From Candidatus Uhrbacteria bacterium (lineage in GTDB: Bacteria > Patescibacteriota > Patescibacteriia > JACQRZ01): DNA of 64,000 bases. Shown here in pieces: positions 11,801-19,617 of this stretch; position 1 is the first letter of the stretch; every line of letters starts with the position of its first letter. The DNA is taken from positions 7,079 to 71,078 of the forward strand of contig JACQSB010000019.1 of the NCBI GenBank assembly GCA_016206175.1, in the 5' to 3' direction. Position numbers and translations under genes: made by a program. The notes below the pieces were generated by a model. It was not told the origin of the DNA and did not search any database. It worked only from the letters and a program-made list of their open reading frames with translations.

Positions 11801-14800
11801 GCAAGGCTGCAATCATTGCGGCAGAGATTGGTGTCAATCGTGTCGCCGTCGTCGCACTGCTCGCCATCGTTTTTGATGCTATTCCCGCATCCAGTCGGAT
11901 TCGCAGTGCAATCGTTGCGGCAAGCGTCGGTATTGATCTGATTTTTGTCATCGCACTGCTCTGTCCCTTCTTTTATGCCATTGCCGCATTGGGGTGACGG
12001 GCCGCCTTTGATCGTGCAATCATTCCGACACGCATTCGCATCATCCTTATCGCCGTCGTCGCACTGCTCGCCGATATTGACGATCTTGTTTCCGCATCCC
12101 TCCGGGTTAGGAGCGCATGAATTAGTGCACGCGTTGGTATTGTTTTTATCTCCGTCGTCACATTGTTCGCCTGCCTCAAGCGCGCCATTGCCGCAAAAGC
12201 CCGCGTTGGGCACACAATCATTGCGGCACGCATTTGCATTGTCAGAATCGCCATCGTCGCATTGCTCGCCGAGCTCTCGAATGCCATCGGTGCAGATAGG
12301 ACGATTGGTATTGGTGATACAATTATTGCGACATTTATCGTAGTCAATGGTATTGCCATCGTCGCATTGCTCTGATCCTTCTTTCTTACCATTGCCGCAT
12401 TGATTCGCATTTGGCGAACAGGTGTTACTGCATGCATTGTTGTTATCTTTATCGCCGTCGTCGCATTGCTCTGCTCCTTCTTTTATGCCATTGCCGCAAA
12501 AACCGGATTTACCGGTACAGTTGTTACGGCAGGCATTTTCATTATCTTTATCGCCGTCGTCGCATTGCTCGCCATCATCAACTTTTCCATTGCCACAGTT
12601 CGGCGGATTCGGATTCACGATCTGGCATTCCGAACGAGTCGAGCAATCGCCGCACGAGCATGACTCATTTGTCTCGCATCGGCCGTTCGAATTGCAGGAA
12701 CCGCCGTTCCGAGGCGTGGTGACACGGACACTCTTTACGCATTGCTCGCCAAACCACGTGTCTTTATTCCGCAGCTGCCAGGCTAGTGCGTATGTGCCTG
12801 CTGCGGCAGGCGCCGTCACCTGTACAGAAACAGTGGACGCGCTTTTTGCTTGCACTGCCGAGGGCAACACTACGGATGTCCGACCCCAGAGATTCGTGTA
12901 CGGCGGCTGTTGACTGGAAAGCACATAGTCAGTGGTATTCCAGTTTGAAGTTCCGGTATTTTCGAATCGCATCTGCGCGGTAAATACTTGGCCGACCGTC
13001 ACTTCGGCAGGCGCGGTTATCGTACATCGCGCGTTGTCGGTCGGAAGCACAGCGATCGTTATTTTTCCTTGGCAGCTCTTCGTTTCAGCGCTACAGACAA
13101 AGCCAGTCTGGCATGAGCTTTGCTTGCCTGAACAATCGCCGCAGGAACAAGATTCGGTAGCATCACACACTCCATTTACGTTGCATGCAGTAGGCTTGCA
13201 TTGTTGATCCAACGGACTGCGGCATTGGCCGTCAGCGCATCGTGTAAGGCCTTCCGAACATGCACCGGTCGTCACGGTGTTTCCCTTGTTTTGACACGCA
13301 GCACCCGCTTGACAAGTAGAAGCAACACCGTTGCACGTAGTGCTTTCACCCGTACATTTTGATTTCGGACCACTGCATGACGAGCCGGCAGAACATAGTG
13401 AATTGCCGCCGGTACACTGCGTACCAATACCGGAACAGCTTGAATCGACGCCTGTGCATTTTGCGCCGTTTATGCAGCGCGATTCGGTACCCGTACACGT
13501 TGTGCCGGGATCAGAACATTGCGATTTGCTTCCAGTACAGGTTGATCCTTTTGTGCAGGAAGAGCCATTGCCTTCACATATGGTGCCAGCTCCGGAACAC
13601 GATGAATCTATGGCCTTACATTGTGAGCCATTGGAACATTGGGAACTAACGGTCAGGCATGTCTGTTTTGCTTTATCGCAAACAGCTGGTGTTGCAGTGT
13701 GCTGCGGCGGCCTACCAATGCATGCGGCGCCCGATTTGCATTCAGAGCCATCGCCGAGACAACGGGTCCCCAATCCGTCACAGCGGGAATTACTGCCGGA
13801 ACACTCGGCGCGATCGCGGCATTGTGATCCGCTATTGGTACATTGCGTATCAGTGCCGATGCATGTTGAACCGGCACCGGTGCATTTCGCGCCATCAAGA
13901 CATTTTGATCCGGCTCCGGTGCAAACAGTTCCCTTTCCGGAGCAAACTGCTGTCCCTCCGATGCATCGCGCTCCATTACTGCAAATTTCCCCTTCTTTTT
14001 TGCATACAGCACCCGGCGTACTGCACTTCTCTGAATCTTTCAGAGCACATGCGCCAAGCGTCCCGTTACCGGAAGCGGATTGGATTCCGTCCCCAAGCAC
14101 GACACGATAGGAGGTGCGGGCTGCCAGCGGTTGGCTGGGACGATAGGTAACCTCTGTCTTGGCAGAATCGCCGCTTCCTACTGTTGTTATCTCCATATCT
14201 CCGGAAGCTGCCGGCTCAATGCGGATATTAGGGCGGACTGAATCTTCACGAAGCATTTGATTAAAACGTACGCGGAACACGGAATTCCGATACACGCGAT
14301 CCGTTGGTTTTGGAGAAATTGATTCCACAGAAACGCAGCGTTTTGATTGGCCGCATACGCCGCCAACACAGTTGTTTGTGGAACACGCACGGTCATTGCT
14401 GCACTGCTCGCCGATCTTGCCTGATCCTGCTGCGCATACGCCGTTTTTACATGACCCAGACGCGCACTCACGATTCGCCGTACATGATTCGCCGATATCT
14501 TTGCCTGAAAGTGTGCAGGCACCTAATTCACATACGAGTCCCGATCGACATTGCGCATCAAACTCACATGCCGCATCAAGCTCGCCGCTGCCGCGAACGC
14601 AAACGCCGCCTTCACAGCGGCTCGATGAGCACTGGTCGTTTGCGCTGCACTGCTCTCCAATATCTTTCTTCTCGCCGGTAAAAAAATTCCACGTATACCG
14701 GCAAGCAACGACCTCTTGTCCGCATTGGCCGCTCGGCCGCAGAGAACCGTCCGAACAACACTGGATTCCTTGGCCGCCAGTGCCCGGCACACACCGCGAT

Positions 14801-15462
14801 GTAGAGCCAAGATTTACCGGATTGCTGATAGTACGAAATGAAGTGATGATCCGCAGCTTCGCAGGCGTTGCTTCAAGAGCCGGCATGAGTGCCGTAATCT
14901 TTGTGGCGGTCCATTCTGCGTCAGCTACGGGTATTTCTGTTGAGCCAGCAACGAGCCTCCCTTTATCATTTCCGAATCCAATTCCGTAAACCGTAAACGA
15001 GAGTCCCGGTGGCCCGTTATCCGGCTCCATGCCGCAAATGCCGGGATTTGGCGCAGCGCCGGTGACGACAAAAGGAACTGTATTGCTTGTTTTCCCATCG
15101 GCTGTTTTCAGCGATACGGTATAGCTGCCTTCTGAAATGCCGGCTGGGACCTTAACAATGACATAGGAATTGCGCCAATACAGCTTTTTACAATCGCCGA
15201 TAAAATCAATATCAGCAGGTACTGTTTGTCCATTTTTTGTAAAGGACACTTCTCCCGGCACGGAGCCAAGGTCGGAGCCATCAAGTGTAACGTACTGCCC
15301 TTTCCCTCCGGATGCTGGCCATGCTTTTGTAATTACGGTGGAAGCGCCGCCTTGCTGGGTATTCTGCTGGGCAGACACGAAGGAAAGCGCAAACAGTACT
15401 ACAAGCATGCTTGCGATGCCTGCAGTACTGCCGATAAAAAGTGATGCGATCTTGTATCTCAT
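5881..15462 (-). CDS. Giant (about 3193 aa) secreted multi-domain cysteine-rich repeat surface protein
   Basis: Single uninterrupted ORF. I prefer the ATG at 15462 (MRYKIASLFIGSTAGIASMLVVLFALSFVSAQQ, signal-peptide-like), which removes the overlap with the upstream gene. Contains IPT/TIG-like domains, Cys knots, a Cys ladder, 27 CGNGxxExGEQCDDG repeats, Ig-like domains, and about 480 aa of unknown C-terminal sequence. Confidence 0.9.
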   Translation of the reverse strand: MRYKIASLFIGSTAGIASMLVVLFALSFVSAQQNTQQGGASTVITKAWPASGGKGQYVTLDGSDLGSVPGEVSFTKNGQTVPADIDFIGDCKKLYWRNSYVIVKVPAGISEGSYTVSLKTADGKTSNTVPFVVTGAAPNPGICGMEPDNGPPGLSFTVYGIGFGNDKGRLVAGSTEIPVADAEWTATKITALMPALEATPAKLRIITSFRTISNPVNLGSTSRCVPGTGGQGIQCCSDGSLRPSGQCGQEVVACRYTWNFFTGEKKDIGEQCSANDQCSSSRCEGGVCVRGSGELDAACEFDAQCRSGLVCELGACTLSGKDIGESCTANRECASGSCKNGVCAAGSGKIGEQCSNDRACSTNNCVGGVCGQSKRCVSVESISPKPTDRVYRNSVFRVRFNQMLREDSVRPNIRIEPAASGDMEITTVGSGDSAKTEVTYRPSQPLAARTSYRVVLGDGIQSASGNGTLGACALKDSEKCSTPGAVCKKEGEICSNGARCIGGTAVCSGKGTVCTGAGSKCLDGAKCTGAGSTCIGTDTQCTNSGSQCRDRAECSGSNSRCDGLGTRCLGDGSECKSGAACIGRPPQHTATPAVCDKAKQTCLTVSSQCSNGSQCKAIDSSCSGAGTICEGNGSSCTKGSTCTGSKSQCSDPGTTCTGTESRCINGAKCTGVDSSCSGIGTQCTGGNSLCSAGSSCSGPKSKCTGESTTCNGVASTCQAGAACQNKGNTVTTGACSEGLTRCADGQCRSPLDQQCKPTACNVNGVCDATESCSCGDCSGKQSSCQTGFVCSAETKSCQGKITIAVLPTDNARCTITAPAEVTVGQVFTAQMRFENTGTSNWNTTDYVLSSQQPPYTNLWGRTSVVLPSAVQAKSASTVSVQVTAPAAAGTYALAWQLRNKDTWFGEQCVKSVRVTTPRNGGSCNSNGRCETNESCSCGDCSTRSECQIVNPNPPNCGNGKVDDGEQCDDGDKDNENACRNNCTGKSGFCGNGIKEGAEQCDDGDKDNNNACSNTCSPNANQCGNGKKEGSEQCDDGNTIDYDKCRNNCITNTNRPICTDGIRELGEQCDDGDSDNANACRNDCVPNAGFCGNGALEAGEQCDDGDKNNTNACTNSCAPNPEGCGNKIVNIGEQCDDGDKDDANACRNDCTIKGGPSPQCGNGIKEGTEQCDDKNQINTDACRNDCTANPTGCGNSIKNDGEQCDDGDTIDTNLCRNDCSLATPGGPVCRNNVREDPEQCDDGNSVHTDACRNDCTNNSGFCGNGIKEGTEQCDDGDTNDANACRNNCTPRSGLCGNGTKEGTEQCDDGDRVNSNVCLNDCTFNRTGPRCGNSVVEGLEQCDDGNAVNTDACRNDCAGNPGFCGNGAKEGSEQCDDGDPDNSNACKNDCTPNAGFCGNGAKEGSEQCDDGDRITTNECKNDCTLNTSPTVCGNGKVEKGEQCDDGNKNNDDACKNDCSGSSKSPVCGNGAKEGSEQCDDGDRINTNACTNSCAPNESFCGNGIQEAGEQCDDGDRIDSDQCMNNCTVRVVSAHNARCSINAPQTIRLSGAQLATGSPFTARIRLENTGTKSWNATSAPPFAVRSQSPLDNTFWSKSTITFPSTKQTVTPGEFIELNVSLIAPAVTGKKALNWQLMEGDMPVGEMCMASVDLQPQFINDAVCTITSSQPFCGDGIREGDEQCDDGDKIDANFCRNDCTLRDTSQPYCGNGVKETGEQCDGSDMLSGERCRPDCTIDVGYCGNGMLDTSEQCDDGNRVSGDGCSKTCTRPTSLCGNGIRDTGEQCDDGNTTDNDACSNSCRANPGSCGNGVIEAGEQCDDGDHVNINACTNTCNIVNATQETPWCGNKTVESSIGEQCDDGNFITTDTCRNDCKWNTGNCGNGAKEGSEQCDDGDRIDTNLCRNDCMLRDASAPYCGNGTVETGEQCDDGNRSNADQCRTDCKFNKGICGNGIKEGSEQCDDGDRDNINACTNACRAQELPLISSEDKDFLLEFSLRNAGTKTWNPATHMFALRSSGSIKFPELDMIPLSRTVPPGDSITFGVRPYTPTSQGTANLTLQMKEGNAWFGEQCQKSIRLKKPDGPVTPPSDVGRITRVEIFINASSVATTTDLFTCVTPSGCADDQNASSTGNQHLYRLKAYTADNIEVSPSKIEWLALRPTATSTAVVDVSSLSAATTQVTAKNQAGTSTVVVTVTGLQNETARQQVIVTVNPGGGGCSAGQSKPHKEFVNGSCQDVNTCGTNASSCGGGCSAGQSKPHKEFVNGSCQDVNTCGTNASSCGAGATIRTISAIKLSTNGDYLPSDAFGCIGNFCADDFNTSLFGNQHRITAEFYDADGKAVTVPDGDITWELTATTTAMRLSGAGRTIQLTNADSAGSGQLRLALANATGTVAADLPIYNKHPRATCLGSGSDCEGGPSVSPGASSVAVIDANGRPVDTDRFGCFGDTCPNDKSSRFVGNQRKYSLRLHSKDNSFISLNAVEKIEWALSAGSPFTLTRTADNAGTLLPKDAEVYLTNSEVNTTSPATLTASITLKPVGGAAAETVTAQINVENILSILQIRSMRIKSNGQFLSQDAFGCIGNACTDDSISSGQDNQHALEFEAKDSQGNILTIADSRVHWKVDKNNLYRLSATSGAKRITIQTLLDASATSTGTGIVTAWADGIVGSATLPIENKHPYQSCTASGGNPIQCVGAPDKQGNPNIFEKVIIDSNGRPIDIDRFSCTADSCEDDTDKGAAGSRAGNQHRYSLRIHAQNNSLFGDGDIRQVRWELSDSSAFREVRKVGSAGKETTVVIENTNQPGSATLTAYVLPLAGTVQQAKIVLVNDVLKPIITPTTNCGNGQVDGGEQCDISSGVWTSDQCFSPGDAKQCTLKDCFQLWQTSGTATDPSGKYQYRLSYCVAKKSGTLPALLPDPTSVKDRVSTGSVTPLEEYFYRFSTSSDLIVMRVYDNPSKLAPDVWYANNRVNPKQRPSSTVINGFPAVQDSTGYYISVPTLHASNKSIASYRILNLTTSANPQAQTRTIFTEMMRTIQLATIQTDADAAKALRRDFQRLAHMSFIHDQLEQYRVRTHCDPTCYPALLAGSYTRSQSVSGWPSWTQELGKELRASMPLDPQQSTTTPPVIALGDNVKDKLVEKKLFAYGYINVPATASAKEKYELCGVYEYPLFSDSKLRRQCAAVQIVSATSTLTTVTDNDFNK
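8631..8832 (-). repeat. Perfect 99-bp tandem duplication (2.04 copies) inside the giant gene
   Basis: 8631-8733 is identical to 8730-8832 at an offset of 99 bp. It encodes GGGCSAGQSKPHKEFVNGSCQDVNTCGTNASSC twice, in frame. Confidence 0.95.
9547..10458 (-). repeat. Array of 9 CGNGxxExGEQCDDG(D/N)xxxxDxCxxxC cysteine-rich repeats (second array)
   Basis: Units of about 33-38 aa read directly from the translation. The pattern matches what I recall as the Myxococcus cysteine-rich repeat family (TIGR02232 / DUF4215-like). Confidence 0.85.
10890..12597 (-). repeat. Array of 17 CGNGxxExGEQCDDG(D/N)xxxxDxCxxxC cysteine-rich repeats (first array)
   Basis: 17 consecutive units. Includes an exact 55-bp DNA repeat (11232-11286 = 11331-11385) between neighbouring units. 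Confidence 0.85.
13072..14024 (-). repeat. Cysteine-ladder region of the giant protein (about 48 Cys in about 318 aa, 27-residue super-period)
   Basis: Cys spacing reads 7,7,6 / 7,7,7,6 x3 / a 14-residue break / 7,7,6 / 7,7,7,6 x4. Example: CTGAGST CIGTDTQ CTNSGSQ CRDRAE. Confidence 0.9.
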
Positions 15463-15475
15463 ATGAAATGAGTGC

Positions 15476-17155
15476 TCAACGAACTTGGGGAGAAGGCCCC
15501 GTACACGGATTGTAGCAATTCTGATACACATCTCGCGCTGAAGCTCGAACTTCCGGCTGATAAAGCTGGTCCTTTTTCAAAGGATCATGTTGTATGCGAG
15601 CGTGCGTTCGTGTTGATGTCGCATCTTGTTCTGATTCAACCCAATAGCTCACGTCATTACTCAGATAGATGGAACTCTGATGCAATGAGTTCAAATCCAT
15701 GTATTTTGAAAACGTGATATCAATCGGCGCCGTTACATCGACTTTCGTACCATCACGCCGCGGATTGACGGATTCGATTGATGGCGGCGTCACTTCGAGA
15801 TTCTTTATTATGGTAAATGTCCAGACAAAATTATCCGCGGGCGGACCATCCGCTTTTCCATTGCGGTCAGCGCCGTTCTTTCCCCCACCGTCAAGAGAGT
15901 TGCCGGCTGCATCCACGATTCCATTATACGGATACGCAGCTCGATGCGGGCTTTCCTGTGTACGCTGCTGCGCTAACGTCGCAGCTTTGAGAGAAACTTG
16001 ATATCTCCCTCCTTTTTCCGGAAAGCAATATACCGGCTCTTTGCAGTTATTCGTACCGCACAGCTCGCGCGGCACGAATGTGACTGTCCGATATTGATTG
16101 CCGACAAGAATCGTTCCGGCGATCAACGCCCCAGTTTCAAGATCTTGCACTGATATTTTTTCGCCGCTTACCAGCGAAGGATCGAGCGCTTCAGAAAAAG
16201 TGATTTGAACTAACGCATTGCGCGCAACGCTTAATTCTTGATCCTGTAACGGAATAGTTGGGAATACATGAGTGATGCGCGGCGGCTCGTTATCAACAAG
16301 TCCGCTCACTTCGAATTGCCAGGAATACCCGCCCGTATTTCCAAAAAGCGATTCTCCGCCCGATGTCAGCACGGAGCTCATCAAAGTCACACCATATAAC
16401 GAAGTAGCATCAGGTATGCCAAGAAGATTTATGGGAGAAATCACCACTGTCTTGCTGTCATCGCTCACGGTAACGTTGGCAGGAACGCTGAGCCCATCGG
16501 GAGTTGGCGTTGGAGAAATTTGGTAGAGCCGTATGCTACTCGAAATCAAAGTCCCGTCTTCTGCGCGAATACTATTCGCACGGATCGCCTCCCGGAATGT
16601 AATAAGGATCTTTACATTCCGGGGTATATTTTTTTCATCGCGGGCAGGATAATGCGTTTCAATTCGCGACTGTTTGCTTTGATACTCTCCAAAATATATC
16701 GGCTGAGATATGTCGGCAGCCTTAAACGGAGGCGGCGTTTCTTTTGTATATGATTGCGCAATTCGTGAATAAATAATGGTGATAACCCCGAAAAGCACCA
16801 ATCCAATAACTGCTATCATCGCACCAAGAATAAGATTCCGTTTTGCCGATGCCTCTGCGCCAAGGTCTTCATCTTCTCGAGCAGAGCGCAGACGTACAAA
16901 TCCAAGAACAGCAACAGTGATACCGATAAGCGTTGTGATGATCCATACTCCTTGCAAGATGCGCAATACAATAAGGCGCGTGTCATTTACCGGCAATCCA
17001 AGCACGCGCGCAAACCCGCTCACCTCTTGGGCGTATGCCGGAAACACGAGCAACGTAAAAAATAAGACTGCAATACCCCCTATCGAAAGAAAGGGAATAA
17101 AGCGATATCTTTTTTTGTTGGCGCGCATCCGGAGCGCATGGGTATGCTCTGACAC
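15476..17155 (-). CDS. Polytopic N-terminal anchor plus extracellular Ig-like (SbsA_Ig/Big_5-like) domain protein
   Basis: 559 aa, GTG start at 17155. Three N-terminal TM segments, then repeated segments such as PPRITHVFPT...VQITFSEALDPSLVSGEKISV and PPSIESVNPRRDGTKVDVTAPIDITFSKYMD, typical of bacterial Ig-like domains. Confidence 0.7.
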   Translation of the reverse strand: MSEHTHALRMRANKKRYRFIPFLSIGGIAVLFFTLLVFPAYAQEVSGFARVLGLPVNDTRLIVLRILQGVWIITTLIGITVAVLGFVRLRSAREDEDLGAEASAKRNLILGAMIAVIGLVLFGVITIIYSRIAQSYTKETPPPFKAADISQPIYFGEYQSKQSRIETHYPARDEKNIPRNVKILITFREAIRANSIRAEDGTLISSSIRLYQISPTPTPDGLSVPANVTVSDDSKTVVISPINLLGIPDATSLYGVTLMSSVLTSGGESLFGNTGGYSWQFEVSGLVDNEPPRITHVFPTIPLQDQELSVARNALVQITFSEALDPSLVSGEKISVQDLETGALIAGTILVGNQYRTVTFVPRELCGTNNCKEPVYCFPEKGGRYQVSLKAATLAQQRTQESPHRAAYPYNGIVDAAGNSLDGGGKNGADRNGKADGPPADNFVWTFTIIKNLEVTPPSIESVNPRRDGTKVDVTAPIDITFSKYMDLNSLHQSSIYLSNDVSYWVESEQDATSTRTHARIQHDPLKKDQLYQPEVRASARDVYQNCYNPCTGPSPQVR

Positions 17156-17179
17156 GATTATTCCTCTTACAAGTAAAGC

Positions 17180-17431
17180 CTACAGCTTCATGAGAGCCTT
17201 TGTCCCCGGAAATTTATCTTTCAGCTTTCCGATTTTTTTAAGATAGTCTTTTTTCTCTTCAATCATCCTGCGGCGCAATGCAGTCGTCTGCTTTTTTGCA
17301 GCGCTTTTTTTCCGGGAAAAATAACGAATCTTTTTTACTTGCAATATCCGTCCGCTCTGCTGTATCTGGCGATTGAATCTTCGCAGCAGTGCTTCAAACG
17401 ATTCTTTTGGTTTTCTTCGTACTTCTGGCAT
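17180..17431 (-). CDS. rpsU: 30S ribosomal protein S21
   Basis: MPEVRRKPKESFEALLRRFNRQIQQSGRILQVKKIRYFSRK fits the S21 pattern. Preceded by AAAGGAGGGTGACGA-ATG, one of the few strong SDs on a core gene. Confidence 0.85.
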   Translation of the reverse strand: MPEVRRKPKESFEALLRRFNRQIQQSGRILQVKKIRYFSRKKSAAKKQTTALRRRMIEEKKDYLKKIGKLKDKFPGTKALMKL

Positions 17432-17434
17432 TCG

Positions 17435-18850
17435 TCACCCTCCTTTCTGTTGTTCACCGAGCGCTCCATTGAGTTTCCTGCGAAGCGTTGGTATCAATTT
17501 TTTGATATCGATAACCTCCTGCTCTCCGCCTTCCATATTCCGGATGATAATGCTTCCGTCAAGCAATTCTTTCTGGCCGAGAATAATGGTAATAGCAGCA
17601 TTGCATTTATTGGCGAGTTCCAGCTGCGCTTTCAGGCTGTCTTTTGCAAATTCCGCGGCTACCGTAAAACCCTCACGCAACAGATCTTCATAGAGCACCA
17701 TTGCCCGCCGTTTTGGCTGTTCGCCGAGCTGCGCTACAAAAATTTCCGGATTAACGCGTCGAGGGATTAATTTCGTGCCGCTCGCTCGTTCGAGTTCTTT
17801 TATCTTCATGATTACTCGCTCAATGCCGATGCCAAAACCGGCAGCCGGCGTACTCTGACCGCCAAACATCTCAATGAGATCGTCATAACGCCCGCCGCCG
17901 CCAAGAGCAGCCATACGTGCCGGCTGCGTATCAGACTCGTCCGTATTCATGAGTGCGTAAAACTCGAAAACGGTACGTGAGTAGTAATCCAATCCACGCA
18001 CTAAGTGAGGATTTGGCTGATAGGGAATTTCAAGTTCATCAATGCATTCCAGCACAGAGATAAAATGGTCGCGGCATGGTTCGCATAAAGAGTCAACGAT
18101 CGGCGGCGCTTTTGCAATCAAGCCTTGGCATGTCTCAACTTTACAATCAAGGAGTCGAAGCACGTTTTTGTTTAATCGGCGCTTGCAGTCTTCACATAAT
18201 GATGCCCGGCGCGCACGATAATATTCTACAAGTGATTCGCGGTATGCGGGACGGCACGACCGACAACCGATGCTATTCACTTGCACCAACGGTTTGATGT
18301 GCAGGGATGTCAATAATTTATAACCAAGCAATATCAATTGCCCGTCAATAACCGGCTTGCCTTCACCGATCACTTCACAGTTCCATTGCGTGTGCTGACG
18401 CAATCTTCCTTCCTGGGGTTTCTCGTGGCGAAAGAGAGGCCCGAATGCATAGAGCTTCACCGGCTGCGGCAGTGATACCATCCCGTGCTCGATATAGGCG
18501 CGAGCTATCCCAGCCGTAAACTCGGGACGCAAAGCAAGCGTATCTCCGCCTTGATCCGTGAAACTATACATTTCTTTTTCGACAATATCCGTTTGTTTCC
18601 CCAGACCGGCAGTATATAAATTCAAATGTTCCACGATCGGAGTATCAATGCGGGCAAAACGGTAATCGTCTCCAATCTTAGCAACGATTGACCGAATGTG
18701 GTCCCAATACAGTTGATCGTGAGGCAGCACGTCTTTCATGCCCTTCACAAGCTGCGGTTGCTTGCTTAACCGCGCTATCCCGCTACTGGGCTTCTCGATC
18801 TGTTTCGTTGCTTCTTCTGTTTTTTTTATTCGTGGCATGGATCGTGCCAA
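17435..18850 (-). CDS. hisS: Histidine--tRNA ligase
   Basis: Class II motifs: GMKDVLP, FRHEKPQEGRLRQHTQ (motif 2) and GGGRYDDL (motif 3). The track start at 18850 is TTG; ATG at 18838 is an alternative. Confidence 0.93.
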   Translation of the reverse strand: MARSMPRIKKTEEATKQIEKPSSGIARLSKQPQLVKGMKDVLPHDQLYWDHIRSIVAKIGDDYRFARIDTPIVEHLNLYTAGLGKQTDIVEKEMYSFTDQGGDTLALRPEFTAGIARAYIEHGMVSLPQPVKLYAFGPLFRHEKPQEGRLRQHTQWNCEVIGEGKPVIDGQLILLGYKLLTSLHIKPLVQVNSIGCRSCRPAYRESLVEYYRARRASLCEDCKRRLNKNVLRLLDCKVETCQGLIAKAPPIVDSLCEPCRDHFISVLECIDELEIPYQPNPHLVRGLDYYSRTVFEFYALMNTDESDTQPARMAALGGGGRYDDLIEMFGGQSTPAAGFGIGIERVIMKIKELERASGTKLIPRRVNPEIFVAQLGEQPKRRAMVLYEDLLREGFTVAAEFAKDSLKAQLELANKCNAAITIILGQKELLDGSIIIRNMEGGEQEVIDIKKLIPTLRRKLNGALGEQQKGG

Positions 18851-18857
18851 TTAGATA

Positions 18858-19457
18858 TTAATATGTCGGCGGATCAAACACCGCAAGTCGCTGAAATGGA
18901 AATCCCCTCACCCATACCCGTCCAACAATATTCTCTTTATGAATCGGTCCGAAATTTTCCGAGTCTTCGCTTACCGGCCGATTATCACCCAAAACATAAT
19001 ATTCATCTTCACTCAATACCCGATCATCGAAGAGGCCTGCCATGGAACGTGGCTGATAGAAATCTTCTTGCAATACAAAACCTTGTGGCTGCTCTTTTGT
19101 AAAGAGTGTGATAAATCCATTGCTAATCCGTATCCGCTCACCGGGCAGAGCGATGACGCGCTTGATGAGGTAGCGTGGTTTTTTTGACGCATCTGAAAAG
19201 CGGTATTGAAATACAATTACTTCACCTCGCTTGATCGGACGGAGTCGCAGTGAAATCTTATCGATGATCAGGTAATCAGTATCGTAAAAGGACGGCTCCA
19301 TGGATTGCCCGTGGACATAGAAGGGCTGGATAAGAAAAAGACGAATCGGTAGGATGAGAGCTACTGCTATAATAAAAACACGCAGGAACTCTATGCCTTG
19401 TTCTCTGAGTGCGCCTCGAATTTTTGGTTGCTTCTCTTGCAGCTCTCCTGATTCCAT
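18858..19457 (-). CDS. lepB: Signal peptidase I
   Basis: N-terminal TM segment, catalytic Ser box GQSMEPSF, Lys box KRVIALPGERI, and GDNRPVSEDSENFGPI. Confidence 0.9.
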   Translation of the reverse strand: MESGELQEKQPKIRGALREQGIEFLRVFIIAVALILPIRLFLIQPFYVHGQSMEPSFYDTDYLIIDKISLRLRPIKRGEVIVFQYRFSDASKKPRYLIKRVIALPGERIRISNGFITLFTKEQPQGFVLQEDFYQPRSMAGLFDDRVLSEDEYYVLGDNRPVSEDSENFGPIHKENIVGRVWVRGFPFQRLAVFDPPTY

Positions 19458-19543
19458 ACATTATCCACATCCACTGATAAAAAGTATATCGAAGTTTATA
19501 GATCTTGTCACGTGAAAATGCCCGTTTCCTGTGCCAACCTCCT

Positions 19544-19617
19544 TGGACAATGCAGGATTCGAACCTGCGACCTTACGGATGTGAACCGTACGCTCTAACC
19601 AACTGAGCTAATTGTCC
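19544..19617 (-). tRNA. tRNA-Val (anticodon CAC), no encoded CCA
   Basis: Reverse complement folds as a cloverleaf: GGACAAT-TA-GCTC-AGTTGGTTA-GAGC-G-TACGG-TTCACAT-CCGTA-AGGTC-GCAGG-TTCGAAT-CCTGC-ATTGTCC-A (74 nt). All stems are Watson-Crick paired. Confidence 0.93.

Noticed and set aside
8631-12597. Regularly spaced repeats considered as a CRISPR array.
   Set aside because: The repeats are in frame within a continuous ORF, have 99-114-bp protein-coding periodicity, and have no unique spacers or cas genes.
9356-14989. Many long plus-strand ORFs (for example 10046-10816, 10964-11728, 12422-12913, 13331-14110, 14372-14989) with SPSSHCS-type repeats.
   Set aside because: They are the antisense reading of the EQCDDGD and Cys-ladder repeats of the giant minus-strand gene. 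Repeat periodicity suppresses stops in the mirror frame. There are no independent start signals.
5881-15462. The giant protein as a diversity-generating retroelement target.
   Set aside because: There is no reverse transcriptase gene, no template-repeat/variable-repeat pair with A-specific differences, and no C-type-lectin-like C-terminus recognisable in the window.
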